A stretch of 64,000 nucleotides of DNA from Lama glama (Eukaryota), in the NCBI GenBank assembly GCA_028534125.1, contig CM052818.1, forward strand, positions 15,254,001 through 15,318,000, given 5' to 3'. Positions 62,834 through 64,000 of this stretch are shown piece by piece (within the stretch, counting starts at the first letter, position 1; each line of letters starts with the position of its first letter). The notes under the pieces were generated by a model that worked only from the letters and a program-made list of their open reading frames with translations, was not told the DNA's origin and did not search any database. The position numbers were made by a program, and so were the translations under genes.

Positions 62834-63259
62834 TATTAAAAAAACAAAATTCAACCAAGTAAATTTAAAAAGTCGTATTGGCTTTATTGAATGATACATA
62901 AATCAGGTTTCTAGCAAGTAGAGGGGAGCTCCAAAGTCTCAGAAAGGGGCAGGTTTCTAAAAGTAAGACAGAAGCCACAAACAAACAAACAATAAAAGGT
63001 TATTTCAGATTAAGTCACCTCCTTTTGGGGACAAAAGGGTCTTATTGAGTAGGTTACCTCATCTCTTTTCTAGATGGAGAGGGCCCATATGACAGATTAT
63101 CTCATTGGTGTTGACCAGAAAATTTCTGACTGACCAGTTAATACTACATTGTTGGGGGAGGTTGAAGCTTCAATTACATTAGGTATTAAGACCTAGTTGG
63201 TGGCATGGCCTCGCATAAGTGACTCCATTCTAGGCCTGTATCTTTTTTTTTTTTCATCA
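62834..63259 (-). mobile_element. ERV1 solo LTR related to the proviral LTRs at 24008/30889
   Basis: Shares tctagca..tagaggggagctc, aggttacct, ttctgactgac, gcataagtgactccatt..aggcctgt with them. Confidence 0.75.
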
Positions 63260-64000
63260 ATGGTAACCAAAAAAAAAAAATAATGAAAAGAAGTAAGGAG
63301 ACTGGAGGTTTAATTCCTTTCACAATCCATGTGATGACATTTAGACCCGTCTGTGAAGTGTAGATGGTCAAATTTAATCTACTCATGTCATGGGATTATA
63401 GTAAGGATACAGATACAGAGATACCTTGAAAAATGAATGATGGGGAGGGTAAATACAAAATATTCTGAATTATTATTTCTTAGCTAGACTTTTTTCTTTA
63501 CCTTTCAGTGATTTGAAGAGCATAAAGGTCAGGTCTCATTTCATAACCCTTTGAATGACGAAACATTTCCACTGCCTGGATAATGGTCACTATGACATAA
63601 TTCCAGAGAAACCTTATTCTGACAAGATCTGAGCTGTAAAAGCAAAAGTAAACAGCATTCAAGAGCAGGCAAGTTTTACAAAGTTCAGTTCTGCGGTCAA
63701 GACGGACATGTCTCCTACACTTTCTCTCTTCTATGCTCATCTCTCTCAGGACATGATAAATGTGCTCAAGATTGCAGCAGCTTCAGCCTCTCATGCCTTG
63801 TGTTGTTGTTTCTAGCAGCCCTTGCTGTTTAATCAAAGCCACAGATTAAAGCTGCTTCTGTAATATAGTCGAGGGAGGTAGTAAAAGTCAAGGTCATCAT
63901 TCTTCAGGGCCTCTAGGATGTTATAAGAGAAGAGTAGAACTGGTAACCCAGTGTGCTTTTTTTTTTTTCTAGCCCAAAGCTAGACCATCTCTTGTTGATT

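Noticed and set aside
1..64000. A prokaryotic-type novel system (operon, CRISPR, defence island) or an intact host CDS
   Set aside because: Repeat content shows mammalian intronic/intergenic DNA, with no dense coding regions and no intact spliced reading frame that I could assemble.

Overview
This is mammalian genomic DNA, very probably camelid: it holds three Vic-1-like tRNA-derived SINEs and young L1 3' ends on a background of shared eutherian repeats (MIR, L2, MER5/MER58/Charlie1, MER8, MLT1/MLT2, LTR16, LTR33, L1M). I see no intact protein-coding gene, RNA gene, CRISPR array or prokaryotic system, and most of the ORF track is noise or transposon relics. A 500-N scaffold gap (32058-32557) splits the window. 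Three structures stand out. (1) A heavily decayed multi-exon gene on the minus strand (~3975-12770, possibly to ~16460). It reads as a type-I membrane LRR protein: furin-like site and LRRNT-like exon, ~72/144-nt LRR-like exons, a Cys-cap exon, a large basic exon and a transmembrane exon. Its motifs resemble the LRRC37 family as I recall them, which needs a search to confirm. (2) A two-LTR class I ERV provirus (24008-31294, minus) with a tRNA-Leu-like PBS, PPT, integrase tail and env TM relics, invaded by younger L1s and SINEs. (3) A two-LTR ancient MaLR (MLT1K/L-like) provirus (~40783-43625) with a gag-like relic and a nested MLT1G/H LTR. Repeat family names come from visual recognition of consensus motifs and most boundaries are approximate.
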